DNA of 32,000 nt from Cupriavidus necator (GCF_016127575.1 NZ_CP066018.1:3180001-3212000), one strand, 5' to 3'. Shown: positions 16,687-26,399, counted from the first letter of the stretch. The notes: generated from the letters alone by a model not told the origin. Numbers and translations: made by a program.

Positions 16687-18960
16687 ATGAACAGGACAAG
16701 CAACGAACGCGATGCAACCGAGCCTGGCCGCCACAGCGCCGGTGCACATGGCTCGACTCAGGACCAGTCCGGTCCTGTTCATCACGAGCATGCGCATCAC
16801 CATGACCATGTTCATGAACCGGCTGGCACTGGAGCCGGGGCGGCGCAGCCCGCTGCCGAGGGAACGATTTATACCTGTCCCATGCACCCGGAGATCCGCC
16901 AGGATCATCCCGGCAACTGCCCCAAGTGCGGCATGGCGTTGGAACCGTTGTTGCCGGAACTGGATGAAGGCGAGAACCCCGAGCTGGTGGATTTCCGTCA
17001 CCGCTTCTGGTGGACGCTACCGCTCACCGGTGTGGTGTTCGTCATGGCCATGTTCGGGCATCGTCTTGGCTGGATGGAGGTGTCGACCCAGAGCTGGGTC
17101 GAGCTTGCGCTGGCGACGCCTGTGGTGCTGTGGGCAGGCTGGCCGTTCTTTGTGCGGTGTTTCCACTCGATCGTCAACCGTAGTCCGAACATGTGGACGC
17201 TGATCGGAATCGGCACCGGTGCGGCCTATGTCTACAGCGTCATTGCGACCGTCATACCTGGCGCATTTCCGCAGGTGTTCGCCGAGCATGGCCGTATCGG
17301 TGCCTACTTCGAGGCAGCGGCGGTGATCATTTCCCTCACGCTGCTGGGTCAGTTGCTTGAACTCAAGGCCCGCTCCCAGACTTCCGCCGCCATCAAGTCG
17401 CTGCTGGGACTGGCGCCCAAGACGGCGCGGCGTATCGGTCCCGACGGCGCCGAAGAGGACGTGCCGCTCGCCCATGTCCACGTGGGCGACCTGCTGCGCG
17501 TGCGGCCCGGCGAGAAGGTGCCGGTCGATGGCGTGGTAACGGAAGGCACCAGCGCGGTCGACGAATCGATGATCACTGGCGAGCCCATTCCGACCACCAA
17601 GCGCGTCGGCGACCGCGTCATCGGCGCCACGATGAACACTTCGGGCAGCCTTGTCATCCAATCCGAAAAGGTCGGCTCCCAGACCGTGCTGTCCCAGATT
17701 GTCCAGATGGTGGCGCAAGCGCAGCGATCGAAGGCACCGATGCAGCGGATGGCCGACCAGGTTGCCGGCGTCTTCGTCGTCGGTGTCATCGGCATTGCGG
17801 TGCTGACCTTTGTCGCGTGGGGACTCTTCGGCCCCGAGCCGAGCTGGGTGTTCGGACTGATCAATGCCGTCGCGGTGCTGATCATCGCATGTCCGTGCGC
17901 GCTGGGTCTCGCCACGCCGATGTCCATCATGGTTGCAAGCGGGAAGGGCGCTTCCAGCGGCGTGCTGTTCCGCGACGCCGCTGCAATCGAGAACCTGCGC
18001 AAGGTCGATACCCTGATTGTCGACAAGACCGGGACGCTTACCGAGGGTCGGCCGGCTTTTGAGCGCGCGATCGGCACCAATGGCTATGCCGAGGAGGACA
18101 TGCTGCGGTTAGCTGCCAGCCTGGATCAGGGCAGCGAGCATCCCCTGGCTGCCGCGATTGTTGCAGCAGCCCGTGAGCGCGGCCTGCAGTTGGAAAAGCC
18201 GGAGGGCTTCGAGTCGAGCTCCGGGATTGGGGTAAGAGGCAAGTTGGGAGGCAGCAAGGTCGCGATCGGGAATACTGCGCTCATGGAAGCCGAAGGCGTT
18301 CCCATCGATCCGCTCGTGGCGCAGGCCGATGAGCTGCGGGCGCAAGGCGCCAGCGTGATGTATCTTGCCGTCGATGGCAAGCTTGCTGGCCTGCTCGCCG
18401 TTTCGGATCCGGTCAAGGCCACCACGCCGGAGGCGCTGGCGCATCTCAGGGGAGAAGGTATCCGTGTCGTGATGGCGACCGGCGACGGGATTGCGACGGC
18501 GAAGGCGGTGGCCGGGAAACTTGGCGTTGACGAGTTCCACGGCGAGGTGAAGCCGGCGGACAAGCTTGAACTTGTCAGTTCGCTGCAACAGGCAGGCGCG
18601 GTGGTGGCGATGGCGGGCGACGGCATTAACGATGCGCCGGCGCTGGCGAAGGCCGACGTCGGTATTGCCATGGGCACGGGCACTGATGTCGCGATGAACA
18701 GCGCTCAGGTCACGCTGGTCAAGGGGGATTTGCGCGGGATTGCCCGTGCCCGGAAACTCTCGCAAGCGACCATTCGAAACATGAAGCAGAACCTCGGTTT
18801 TGCGTTCGTTTATAACGCATTGGGCGTTCCGCTGGCGGCGGGCGTTCTGTATCCAATGACAGGCCTGTTGTTGTCGCCCATGATTGCGGCGCTGGCGATG
18901 AGCCTGAGTTCTGCCTCGGTCATTACCAATGCGTTGCGGCTCAGGAAGGCTGCGACGTGA
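16687..18960 (+). CDS. Cu(I)/Ag(I)-exporting P1B-type ATPase (CopA/SilP-like)
   Basis: 757 aa. CPC in TM6 ([12 protein letters not shown]), [15 protein letters not shown], and [11 protein letters not shown]...MSLSS. The N-terminus is His-rich ([12 protein letters not shown]) and carries [22 protein letters not shown] in place of a CxxC HMA domain. Confidence 0.93.
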   Translation: MNRTSNERDATEPGRHSAGAHGSTQDQSGPVHHEHAHHHDHVHEPAGTGAGAAQPAAEGTIYTCPMHPEIRQDHPGNCPKCGMALEPLLPELDEGENPELVDFRHRFWWTLPLTGVVFVMAMFGHRLGWMEVSTQSWVELALATPVVLWAGWPFFVRCFHSIVNRSPNMWTLIGIGTGAAYVYSVIATVIPGAFPQVFAEHGRIGAYFEAAAVIISLTLLGQLLELKARSQTSAAIKSLLGLAPKTARRIGPDGAEEDVPLAHVHVGDLLRVRPGEKVPVDGVVTEGTSAVDESMITGEPIPTTKRVGDRVIGATMNTSGSLVIQSEKVGSQTVLSQIVQMVAQAQRSKAPMQRMADQVAGVFVVGVIGIAVLTFVAWGLFGPEPSWVFGLINAVAVLIIACPCALGLATPMSIMVASGKGASSGVLFRDAAAIENLRKVDTLIVDKTGTLTEGRPAFERAIGTNGYAEEDMLRLAASLDQGSEHPLAAAIVAAARERGLQLEKPEGFESSSGIGVRGKLGGSKVAIGNTALMEAEGVPIDPLVAQADELRAQGASVMYLAVDGKLAGLLAVSDPVKATTPEALAHLRGEGIRVVMATGDGIATAKAVAGKLGVDEFHGEVKPADKLELVSSLQQAGAVVAMAGDGINDAPALAKADVGIAMGTGTDVAMNSAQVTLVKGDLRGIARARKLSQATIRNMKQNLGFAFVYNALGVPLAAGVLYPMTGLLLSPMIAALAMSLSSASVITNALRLRKAAT

Positions 18961-19324
18961 GGCATACCGGCAGCTCGGGCTGCCCTGTGTGGCCGCTCAG
19001 GGCTCATTTCCATTTTCCCCTTGCTGTATTCAGAGATCCGTTCCAAGCGTCTGGGGTGAAGTGCGCCCTACACATGTCATGCACTGCAACATTTCTGCGT
19101 AAGCACATGTAAATTTAGAGACGTACGATGCACTTTTATTGTCCTGTTTTAAAGACTTTTTGGGTATATACCTAGGGATCAAATTAGAGGAAACCCTCTA
19201 GGATTCGCACTCGGATGCTGCGCTGCAGGATTGGTGGCGCTGTCAATCCGGAAGCCAAACCGAAGCGGATTCACGTTGCAATCTGTTGCGCGAATCCGTT
19301 CGATCAATCCACAGGAGATTTTGC

Positions 19325-19882
19325 ATGTCCCCTTTTATGCCCGAGCAATTTGCTGCAGTGCAAAAGTCCAGTCTGAACCAACTGTTCGCGCTGACGAACA
19401 TGGCTTTTGACGGCTTCCAGAAGTTGACCGAGTTGAACCTGCAGGCAGTCAGGACGACGCTTGCCGAAGGCCAGGGCAATATCGAAGCGGTGCTGGCCGG
19501 AAAGGACCTGCGTGAAGTGTTCGCCGTGCAGGGCAATCTGGCACAGCCTGCCGCGGAGAAGGCGGTTGCATATGCACGCCATGTGTACGAAATCGCATCG
19601 AACACGCAGGTGGAGCTGACCAAGGCAGTCGAGGGCCAGTACGAACAGCACAACCGCAATGTGCAAGCCTTCGTTGACAACTTCGTGAAGAACGCGCCAG
19701 CCGGGTCTGAAGCGATCACCGCGCTGCTGCAATCGAGCGTTGCAGCCGCCAGCAGCACCTTTCAATCCTTCCAGGACGCCGCGAAGCAGACGGCTGAAGT
19801 CGCCAAGGCCAACTTTGCCAAGACCGCCGCAGCGGCCTCCGGCGCGGCCCAGCAGGCGGCGCCCCGCGCTTCCAAGCAATAA
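19325..19882 (+). CDS. phaP: phasin (PHA granule-associated protein)
   Basis: 185 aa from MSPFMPEQFAAVQKSSLNQLFALTNMAFDGFQKLTELNLQAV, with AGGAGA RBS. Ala/Gln-rich low-complexity tail. Lies next to phaB. Confidence 0.85.
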   Translation: MSPFMPEQFAAVQKSSLNQLFALTNMAFDGFQKLTELNLQAVRTTLAEGQGNIEAVLAGKDLREVFAVQGNLAQPAAEKAVAYARHVYEIASNTQVELTKAVEGQYEQHNRNVQAFVDNFVKNAPAGSEAITALLQSSVAAASSTFQSFQDAAKQTAEVAKANFAKTAAAASGAAQQAAPRASKQ

Positions 19883-20125
19883 CGGCGTGCGGCTGGCCAA
19901 GCAGGCCAGGCCAGCGCGCTGAACATAGATCGCAGGCTTGCAGGCCACAGCACTGCGACGCCAATCTTCCCGCATCGGTATACAAGCTGGGCCCGGAGTC
20001 ATCCGGCCCGGCTCGCCCTCGCTTTGTCCGCGCCAGGGCAGCGGGAATGTGCTCGGGACAATCAGGCAAGAGCCCGTCCCGGCAAGGCAGGGGTCTTTCA
20101 ACTTTACGAGAATGAAGCAGGCAGG

Positions 20126-20869
20126 ATGATGAAGAAAATTGCACTGGTAACAGGTGGTATGGGTGGGCTGGGAGAAGCCATCAGCATCAAGCTGCACGAC
20201 GCAGGCTATGCGGTGGTGGTGACGCACTCGCCGGGCAATGCGGCCGCCCAGGACTGGCTTGCCGCGATGGCCGCCGGCGGCCGCGAGATACGTGCCTACG
20301 AGGTGGATGTATCCGACTACGATGCCTGCCAGGCTTGCGCGGCGCAGATCCTGGCTGACGTAGGCCGCGTGGATATCCTGGTGAACAACGCCGGCATTAC
20401 CCGCGACATGGCCTTCAAGAAGATGGACAAGCCGAACTGGGACGCCGTGATGCGGACCAATCTCGACTCGGTGTTCAATCTCACCAAGCCGCTTTGCGAA
20501 GGCATGGTCGAACGCGGCTGGGGACGCATCATCAACATCTCATCGGTCAACGCATCCAAGGGCGCCTTCGGCCAGACCAACTATGCCGCCGCCAAGGCCG
20601 GGATGCACGGCTTCACCAAGTCGCTGGCGCTGGAAGTGGCAAGGAAGGGCGTGACCGTCAACACCGTCTCTCCGGGCTACCTTGCCACCAAGATGGTCAA
20701 CGCCGTGCCCAAGGAAATCATGGAGACCAAGATCCTGCCGCAGATTCCGGTCGGCCGCGTCGGCAAGCCGGAAGAAGTCGCAGCGCTGATTGCCTACCTG
20801 TGCTCGGAGGAAGCGGCCTACGTGACCGGGTCCAATATCGCCATCAATGGCGGGCAGCACATGCAGTAA
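20126..20869 (+). CDS. phaB: NADPH-dependent acetoacetyl-CoA reductase (SDR)
   Basis: 247 aa. MMKKIALVTGGMGGLGEAI, NNAGITRD, NISSVNASKGAFGQTNYAAAKAG and VNTVSPGY. Closely parallels the R. eutropha PhaB sequence as I remember it. Confidence 0.9.
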   Translation: MMKKIALVTGGMGGLGEAISIKLHDAGYAVVVTHSPGNAAAQDWLAAMAAGGREIRAYEVDVSDYDACQACAAQILADVGRVDILVNNAGITRDMAFKKMDKPNWDAVMRTNLDSVFNLTKPLCEGMVERGWGRIINISSVNASKGAFGQTNYAAAKAGMHGFTKSLALEVARKGVTVNTVSPGYLATKMVNAVPKEIMETKILPQIPVGRVGKPEEVAALIAYLCSEEAAYVTGSNIAINGGQHMQ

Positions 20870-20901
20870 GGGTGCTGGGCCAGGCGCCGCCAGGCGAATG
20901 C

Positions 20902-20940
20902 GCGGCGCGGGCCCGTTGCAGCCGCACCGGCCCGCGCCGC
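20902..20940. terminator. 12-bp perfect inverted repeat between convergent phaB and the ABC transporter
   Basis: GCGGCGCGGGCC (20902-20913) and GGCCCGCGCCGC (20929-20940) flank a 15-nt loop. No U tract on either strand. Confidence 0.35.
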
Positions 20941-21055
20941 ATCGAACCCAGGTCGGCGCGGTTGCCTTGCAGGCGCTGCGACAGCAACTGGTCCTCGATT
21001 TGGGCGACGTTCGACGTTAGCACTGCACGATGATGGTTGGGGGCGGGCCGGATGC

Positions 21056-22819
21056 CTACCAGCCAAAGCGATAGTCCCTGGTCGGATGCAGCCACCACTT
21101 TCCGTTCCCGGGCAGTTCCAGCACCTGGTGGTGGAACTTCAGCAGCGTGGGCCGGTGGCTGACGCTGACAAGCGTCGACTGCATGTCGGCCAGCAACTGG
21201 TACATGGCTTCCTCATTGCTGATATCCAGGGCACTGGTCGCTTCGTCCAGCATGACATAGCGCGGCTTTGACAGCAGTACGCGGGCGATGGTCAGCCGCT
21301 GCTGCTCGCCAAGGGACAGGACTTTGCCCCAGTCCACTTCCGTGTCCAGGCCGCCAAAGCGGCCGGCGATGTCCTTCAGGTTGACCGCTTCCAGCAGCTT
21401 CAGAAGCTCCTCGTCAGGGATCCGCTGGCCGATGTGGTTCGGGTATAGCAACTGGCTGCGCAGGCTGCCGACCACCATGTAAGGATGCTGCGGCAGGAAC
21501 AGCATTTCCTGCGGCACTGGCCGCACGATGCATCCCGTGCCGTTGTTCCACAATCCGGCGATCGCGCGCATCAGCGAACTTTTGCCGCCGCCGCTGGCGC
21601 CGACGATAAGAAGGCCCTCTCCCGGGTTGACCGACAGCGTCAGGTCGGTGACCAGCGTTCGCTCCTGATTCGGCGTGCGCAAGGTCACATGTTCCAGCGC
21701 CAGGCGGGAGTCATGGATGGACTCGATCGTGGTGGCCGGCTTCACGGAGGCTGCTGCCGTCCCGGTCAGCGAGATGGAGAATGTGTCCAGTCGATCCAGC
21801 CCCGCCACGAAGCGGCTCAGGTCTTCAAAGTTGTCGACGATCACGGTCAGCGCGTTCAGGATGGCGGCGAACGCGCCGGCCGCCTGGATGGCGCTGCCGA
21901 CTTCAAGCTCGCCGGAAAGCACGCGTGAAGCGACGATGGCGCTGGGCAGCAGGATGGTCAGGAAGCCATAGGCATACTGGAACATGTTCAGGCTCAGCTG
22001 CCACTTGATGAGCCGGTCGAAATTCTGGAAGGCCTTGCCAAAACGGCCTCTCACATGGGATGACTCCAGCGCCTCGCCGCGATAGAAAGCGATGGACTCG
22101 GCGTTCTCACGCACCCGGATCAGGCTGAAGCGGAAATCCGCCTCCCGCCTTAGCTGGAAGAAGTTCAGGCCGATCAGGACGCGGCCGAAGAAGAAGATGG
22201 AGACAAATGTACCGGCAATGGCATAAATGACAAGAAAGTAGACCAGCTCTCTTGAGATCGACCACAGGACGGCGCTGAAGGCGATGAGCTGCAGCAGCGC
22301 GCCGATACCGATTGAAAGGAAGAACAGGGATTGCCGCGTGAAGGTATTGATGTCCTCGGCGATGCGCTGGTCCGGATTGTCGATCGCGGCATCTGAATTG
22401 AGCTTGTAGTAGACCCGGCCCTTGAAATACCCGTCCAGATAGTGATGCGTCAGCCAGCGTCTCCAGAGCAGGCTCAGCTTGTTCCTCAGGTAGTAATAGA
22501 CCGCGTAGATGGGGACGGCAACCATCAGGATATAGAGACACTTCCTGATCGAGGCCCAGAAACGATCCGCGTCTTGCGCTGCCAGGGCCGAGGTGAATTC
22601 ACCGGTTTGCTGGACGATCAGTACCTCGGTCTGGGTCTGGCCCAACAGCAGCAGGATCAGCAGGACCAGCAAGCCGGAGGCTTTCCATTTTTCCCGCGAG
22701 AACCAGTAAAGTTTTGCAATGGCCCAGTATCGGGTCCACACATGCCGGGTGGAAGTGACGGGACGTTTCCCTGGGGCCGAAGTGGTGCCGGTGACCCGCG
22801 ACTCAGGAACGGCGCTCAT
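21056..22819 (-). CDS. ABC half-transporter (fused permease-ATPase), ABCD/SbmA-BacA-like
   Basis: About 587 aa. N-terminal TM domain, Walker A GASGGGKSS, signature LSLGEQQR, Walker B YVMLDEATSALD. Start is ambiguous: ATG at 22819 (MSAVPES) or the track start at 22861. Confidence 0.85.
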   Translation of the reverse strand: MSAVPESRVTGTTSAPGKRPVTSTRHVWTRYWAIAKLYWFSREKWKASGLLVLLILLLLGQTQTEVLIVQQTGEFTSALAAQDADRFWASIRKCLYILMVAVPIYAVYYYLRNKLSLLWRRWLTHHYLDGYFKGRVYYKLNSDAAIDNPDQRIAEDINTFTRQSLFFLSIGIGALLQLIAFSAVLWSISRELVYFLVIYAIAGTFVSIFFFGRVLIGLNFFQLRREADFRFSLIRVRENAESIAFYRGEALESSHVRGRFGKAFQNFDRLIKWQLSLNMFQYAYGFLTILLPSAIVASRVLSGELEVGSAIQAAGAFAAILNALTVIVDNFEDLSRFVAGLDRLDTFSISLTGTAAASVKPATTIESIHDSRLALEHVTLRTPNQERTLVTDLTLSVNPGEGLLIVGASGGGKSSLMRAIAGLWNNGTGCIVRPVPQEMLFLPQHPYMVVGSLRSQLLYPNHIGQRIPDEELLKLLEAVNLKDIAGRFGGLDTEVDWGKVLSLGEQQRLTIARVLLSKPRYVMLDEATSALDISNEEAMYQLLADMQSTLVSVSHRPTLLKFHHQVLELPGNGKWWLHPTRDYRFGW

Positions 22820-23063
22820 ATCCCATCTCCCAGCACTAACCGGATTGCATACTCGCCACATGGCCCGGCACGGGACACGTGGGAGAACGGCAGAAGACTA
22901 TTAATGAAATATAGGCTAGCAGCATCGATGCCTGGCTGATTCGTGGTCCCTGCCCGCAGTCAAGGACCCGACCCCGGACAGGCGAGCGGAGATCTGGCTT
23001 GACGCGCGCCCGGAACCTGATTCCAATCCGGAAGTGACCTTTCCGCTATGACAGCCCCTCCGC

Positions 23064-23981
23064 ATGGACCGCTTCGACGCGCTGCAACTCTTTACCCGGA
23101 TCGTGGAACTGGGCTCCTTCACCGGCGCCGCCAGCGCGCTGGACATGCCACGCGCCACCGCCACGCACGCCATCAAGGAACTTGAGGCCCGCGTCGGCGC
23201 GCGCCTGCTGGAGCGCACCACGCGCCAGGTGCGCCCCACGCTGGACGGGCAGGCGTTCTATGAGCGCAGCAAGCGCGTGCTGCAGGACCTGGAAGACGCC
23301 GAGACCTCGCTCAGCACGCAGGTGGCCAACCCGCGCGGCACGCTGCGGCTGGACCTGCATGGCACCCACGCCACCATGATCATCCTGCCGCGCATCGGCG
23401 AGTTCCGGGAGCGCTATCCGCATATCGACCTGATCGTCAGCAGCGGCGACCGGCTGGTCGACCTGGCCGGGGAGGGCATCGATTGCGTGGTGCGTGCCGG
23501 CCAGCCGCGCGATTCCTCGCTGGTGGCCCGGCGGCTGGCGGAAATGCCGGAGGTGCTGTGCGCCAGCCCCGCATACCTGGCCGCGCATGGCAAACCGGAA
23601 CACCCGTCGGAGCTGGCACAGCACATCGGCGTGGGATTCTTCTCGCGCAACCATGACCGCCGTTATCCCTTCACGCTGACCGTCGATGGCGAGGTGCAGG
23701 AGTTCAAGGCGCGCGGCTGGATCTCGGTAAGCGATGCCGAGTGCTATACCAGCGCGGCGCTGGCCGGCTGCGGCCTGATCCAGGTGCCGCGCTTCCGCGT
23801 GGAAGAGCACCTGCGCGCGGGACGGCTGGTGCCGGTGCTTGAGGCCTGGCCCTGCCCGGACTTGCCGGTGTCGGCGCGGTATCCGTTCCACCGGCAGCTG
23901 GCACCGCGGGTGCGGGTGTTTGTCGATTGGGTGGCGGGGTTGTACGTGGAGCGGTTCGGGCCGCTCCGGGGCGCGGCCTGA
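23064..23981 (+). CDS. LysR-family transcriptional regulator
   Basis: 305 aa. HTH MDRFDALQLFTRIVELGSFTGAASALDMPRATATHAIKELE. Full-length effector domain. Divergent from the ABC transporter. Confidence 0.9.
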   Translation: MDRFDALQLFTRIVELGSFTGAASALDMPRATATHAIKELEARVGARLLERTTRQVRPTLDGQAFYERSKRVLQDLEDAETSLSTQVANPRGTLRLDLHGTHATMIILPRIGEFRERYPHIDLIVSSGDRLVDLAGEGIDCVVRAGQPRDSSLVARRLAEMPEVLCASPAYLAAHGKPEHPSELAQHIGVGFFSRNHDRRYPFTLTVDGEVQEFKARGWISVSDAECYTSAALAGCGLIQVPRFRVEEHLRAGRLVPVLEAWPCPDLPVSARYPFHRQLAPRVRVFVDWVAGLYVERFGPLRGAA

Positions 23982-23999
23982 GGCATCAACACGGCGCAA

Positions 24000-25418
24000 T
24001 CAGGCCGCCGCGGGGCGCGGCAGCGGCCGTGCCGGCGCGGGTGCGGCTTGCGCCGGCTCGCTGACCGGCAGTGTCATGCCGATCCGGATCGCGTCCGCCT
24101 GCACCTGCGCGAACACGCTGCCGCCGTGCATGGTGGCGATTGCCTTGACGATGGCCAGCCCCAGTCCGTGGTTCTGCCGGCTGTCGCTGCGCGCGGCGTC
24201 GGCGCGGTAGAAGCGATCGAACAGCCGCTCGGGCCGGATCGTGTGCAGGCGATCGGATTCATTGCGCACGGCGATGGTCAGCGTGTCCGCCGATTGCGCG
24301 ATCGTGACCGTCACCGGCCGCCCGGGCCGGCCGTGCTGCAGGGCGTTGCTCATCAGGTTGGTCAGCGCGCGCTGCAGCAGCGAGACGTTGACGCGCACGC
24401 GTGCATCGCCGGTCACGTGCAGCGTGGCGCCGGCTTCCTCGAACAGCATGTCGAGGAAGTCCGCGCTGCGCCGGACTTCCTGGGCGACCGAGACCTCGAC
24501 CAGGTCGCGCGCCAGCGCCCCGCGGTCGGACTGCGCCACGAACAGCATGTCGATCACGATGCGGCTCAGGCGCTCCAGGTCTTCCAGGTTGGACTGCAGG
24601 ATCTCTTCAAGCTGTTCGGTGCTGCGCGGGCGCGACAGCGCCACCTGGGTCTGGCCGATGACATTGCCCAGCGGCGTGCGCAGTTCGTGCGCGACGTCGG
24701 CATTGAAGGCGGATAGCTGCTGGTAGGCGTGCTCGAGCTTGTCGAGCGCGCCGTTGAAGGCATGCACCAGGCCGCCCAGCTCGGCGGGCAGGTCGGCGTC
24801 GGGCAGGTGCTCCAGCTGCTTGGGGTCGAGCGCGCCGGCATGTTGCGACAGGCGCTCGATCGGCGCCAGGCCGGACTTGGCAATGCGCCAGCCAAGCAGG
24901 CTCACCGCGATCACGCCGAGCACCGACGACATCACCAGGGCGATGCCAAGCGTGCGGCTGGTCTCGAAGAATGCCGCCTGGTCCACCGCGACCGCGAGCG
25001 CCACCTCGGGGCGATCATTCAGCGCCGGGATGCGGCGCTTCAGCATCAGGAAGCGGTGGTCGCCGAACTCCACCGCCCACACGTCGGGTGCGCGCGGGCT
25101 GGTGTCGGCCTCGCGCGGGAAGGGCTCGCCGTAGTCGAAGCGGCGGTCGGTACTTTCGACAAAGTAGCGCACGCTGTGATCGGCCGGCGTCAGGGTGCGC
25201 AGCATGGCGGCAAAGTGCTCCCATTGCTTTTCGGTGCCCAGGCCCGCGGCCTTGGTGCCGGCCAGGTCGAAGCGGGCGCGGATCTCTCCGAGCTGGCGCT
25301 TTTCCAGTTCCACGCACTGCACGCGGTACAGCACCATGCCGGTGACGGTGAAGACCAGGGCTGCCGCCAGCCCGAACATGGCGGCCAGCCGCGCCGCGAT
25401 CGAGCGTTGCCGGTTCAT
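24000..25418 (-). CDS. heavy-metal-family sensor histidine kinase (CusS/CopS/CzcS class)
   Basis: 472 aa. Two TM segments flank a periplasmic domain of about 130 aa. H-box FNADVAHELRTPLGNVIGQTQVALS. C-terminus FDRFYRADAARSDSRQNHGLGLAIVKAIATMHGG. The start overlaps the regulator stop (ATGA 25415-25418). Confidence 0.92.
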   Translation of the reverse strand: MNRQRSIAARLAAMFGLAAALVFTVTGMVLYRVQCVELEKRQLGEIRARFDLAGTKAAGLGTEKQWEHFAAMLRTLTPADHSVRYFVESTDRRFDYGEPFPREADTSPRAPDVWAVEFGDHRFLMLKRRIPALNDRPEVALAVAVDQAAFFETSRTLGIALVMSSVLGVIAVSLLGWRIAKSGLAPIERLSQHAGALDPKQLEHLPDADLPAELGGLVHAFNGALDKLEHAYQQLSAFNADVAHELRTPLGNVIGQTQVALSRPRSTEQLEEILQSNLEDLERLSRIVIDMLFVAQSDRGALARDLVEVSVAQEVRRSADFLDMLFEEAGATLHVTGDARVRVNVSLLQRALTNLMSNALQHGRPGRPVTVTIAQSADTLTIAVRNESDRLHTIRPERLFDRFYRADAARSDSRQNHGLGLAIVKAIATMHGGSVFAQVQADAIRIGMTLPVSEPAQAAPAPARPLPRPAAA

Positions 25419-26098
25419 GCGCTCAATCCGTCGCGGTGCTCCAGCACGTAACCCATGCCGCGGATGGTATGCAGCAGCTTGGCTTCGCCGGGCCAGTCCA
25501 GCTTGGCGCGCAAACGCTTGACCGCAACTTCGACCACGTTGGTGTTGCAGTCGAACGAGATGTCCCAGACCAGTTCCGTGATCGCGGTCTTGGACACGAT
25601 CTGCGCCTGCCGCCTGGCCAGCACCGACAACAGCGTGAATTCGCGTGCGCTCAGTTCCAGGCGCCGCGTGCCGCGCGTGGCGCGCCGCGACAGCAGGTCG
25701 ATGCGCAGATCGCCCACGGTCAGCTGCGACGGCTCAGTCTGCCGGCCGCGCCGCGTCAGCACGTTGAGCCGCGCCAGCAGCTCCAGAAAAGAGAAGGGCT
25801 TGGACAGGTAGTCGTCGGCGCCGGCATCGAAGGCATTGAGGCGGTCATCCAGGTCGTCGCGCGCGGTCAGCATCAGCACCGGGGTCTGCTGCTCGCGGCG
25901 CAGGGACTTCAGCACCGAGACGCCATCCAGCGCGGGCAGCATCACGTCGAGCACGATCGCGTCGTAGGGCTCGGTACAGGCCAGGTGCAGGCCGTCCACG
26001 CCGTTGTGCGCGGTATCGACTACGTAGCCATTCTCGGACAGGCCGCGGCGCAGGTAATCGACCGTCTTGATCTCATCTTCGACCAGCAAGAGTTTCAT
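25415..26098 (-). CDS. heavy-metal-family OmpR-type response regulator (CusR/CopR class)
   Basis: 227 aa. MKLLLVEDEIKTVDYLRRGL, phospho-acceptor context IVLDVMLP, and a winged-helix C-terminus. Colinear with E. coli CusR as I recall it. Confidence 0.93.
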   Translation of the reverse strand: MKLLLVEDEIKTVDYLRRGLSENGYVVDTAHNGVDGLHLACTEPYDAIVLDVMLPALDGVSVLKSLRREQQTPVLMLTARDDLDDRLNAFDAGADDYLSKPFSFLELLARLNVLTRRGRQTEPSQLTVGDLRIDLLSRRATRGTRRLELSAREFTLLSVLARRQAQIVSKTAITELVWDISFDCNTNVVEVAVKRLRAKLDWPGEAKLLHTIRGMGYVLEHRDGLSA

Positions 26099-26148
26099 TG
26101 GTCCAATCCTCGGAATCTAAACAATATAGAAGATGTGTGCGGCTCCAA

Positions 26149-26166
26149 CCTGTCAATCCTGTCAGT
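26149..26166. promoter_or_regulatory. tandem direct repeat CCTGTCAat-CCTGTCAgt (9-bp phase) upstream of the regulator operon
   Basis: CCTGTCA at 26149-26155 and again at 26158-26164. It lies 50 bp upstream of the regulator ATG. A minus-strand TATATT (26123-26128) sits between the repeat and the gene. A near-identical tandem occurs at 31096-31113. Confidence 0.5.
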
Positions 26167-26294
26167 TTCCCGGTGCCGCACCGAAGCTGTGCGGCCAGGC
26201 CTTGCGGCGCGCGCTCCGCAAGCATGACAGGAGCACGTGCCGCTTTTGTTCACACTGGTGGAAAAGACTGTTTGAAGACGCGCCGCCGCTCCAG

Positions 26295-26323
26295 CCTGAC
26301 GCAATTGTCAGCGTTGCGTCAGG
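26295..26323. promoter_or_regulatory. perfect 10-bp inverted repeat upstream of the small repeat-protein gene
   Basis: CCTGACGCAA (26295-26304) and TTGCGTCAGG (26314-26323) flank the spacer TTGTCAGCG, which contains another TGTCAG. TAGACT (26344-26349) is a possible -10. Confidence 0.4.
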
Positions 26324-26399
26324 GTGGCGTCGGCTGCGCTCCCTAGACTCCATGCGTGCCCGGCCGGGCCGGTTTTCCCACTTGCACAGGAGTCCTTCC

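Noticed and set aside
23046-23999. 317-aa ORF antisense to the LysR gene. Further overlapping ORFs lie across the sensor and regulator genes (24048-26227).
   Set aside because: The opposite-strand genes have clear HTH, H-box and receiver motifs. These frames have none.
26133-26399. Long version (183 aa) of the small-protein ORF, and the antisense 185-aa ORF 26162-26719.
   Set aside because: The upstream 89 codons lie in the regulatory region, are Cys/Arg-rich nonsense and lack an RBS. ATG 26400 has a well-placed AGGAG and gives a proper signal peptide.
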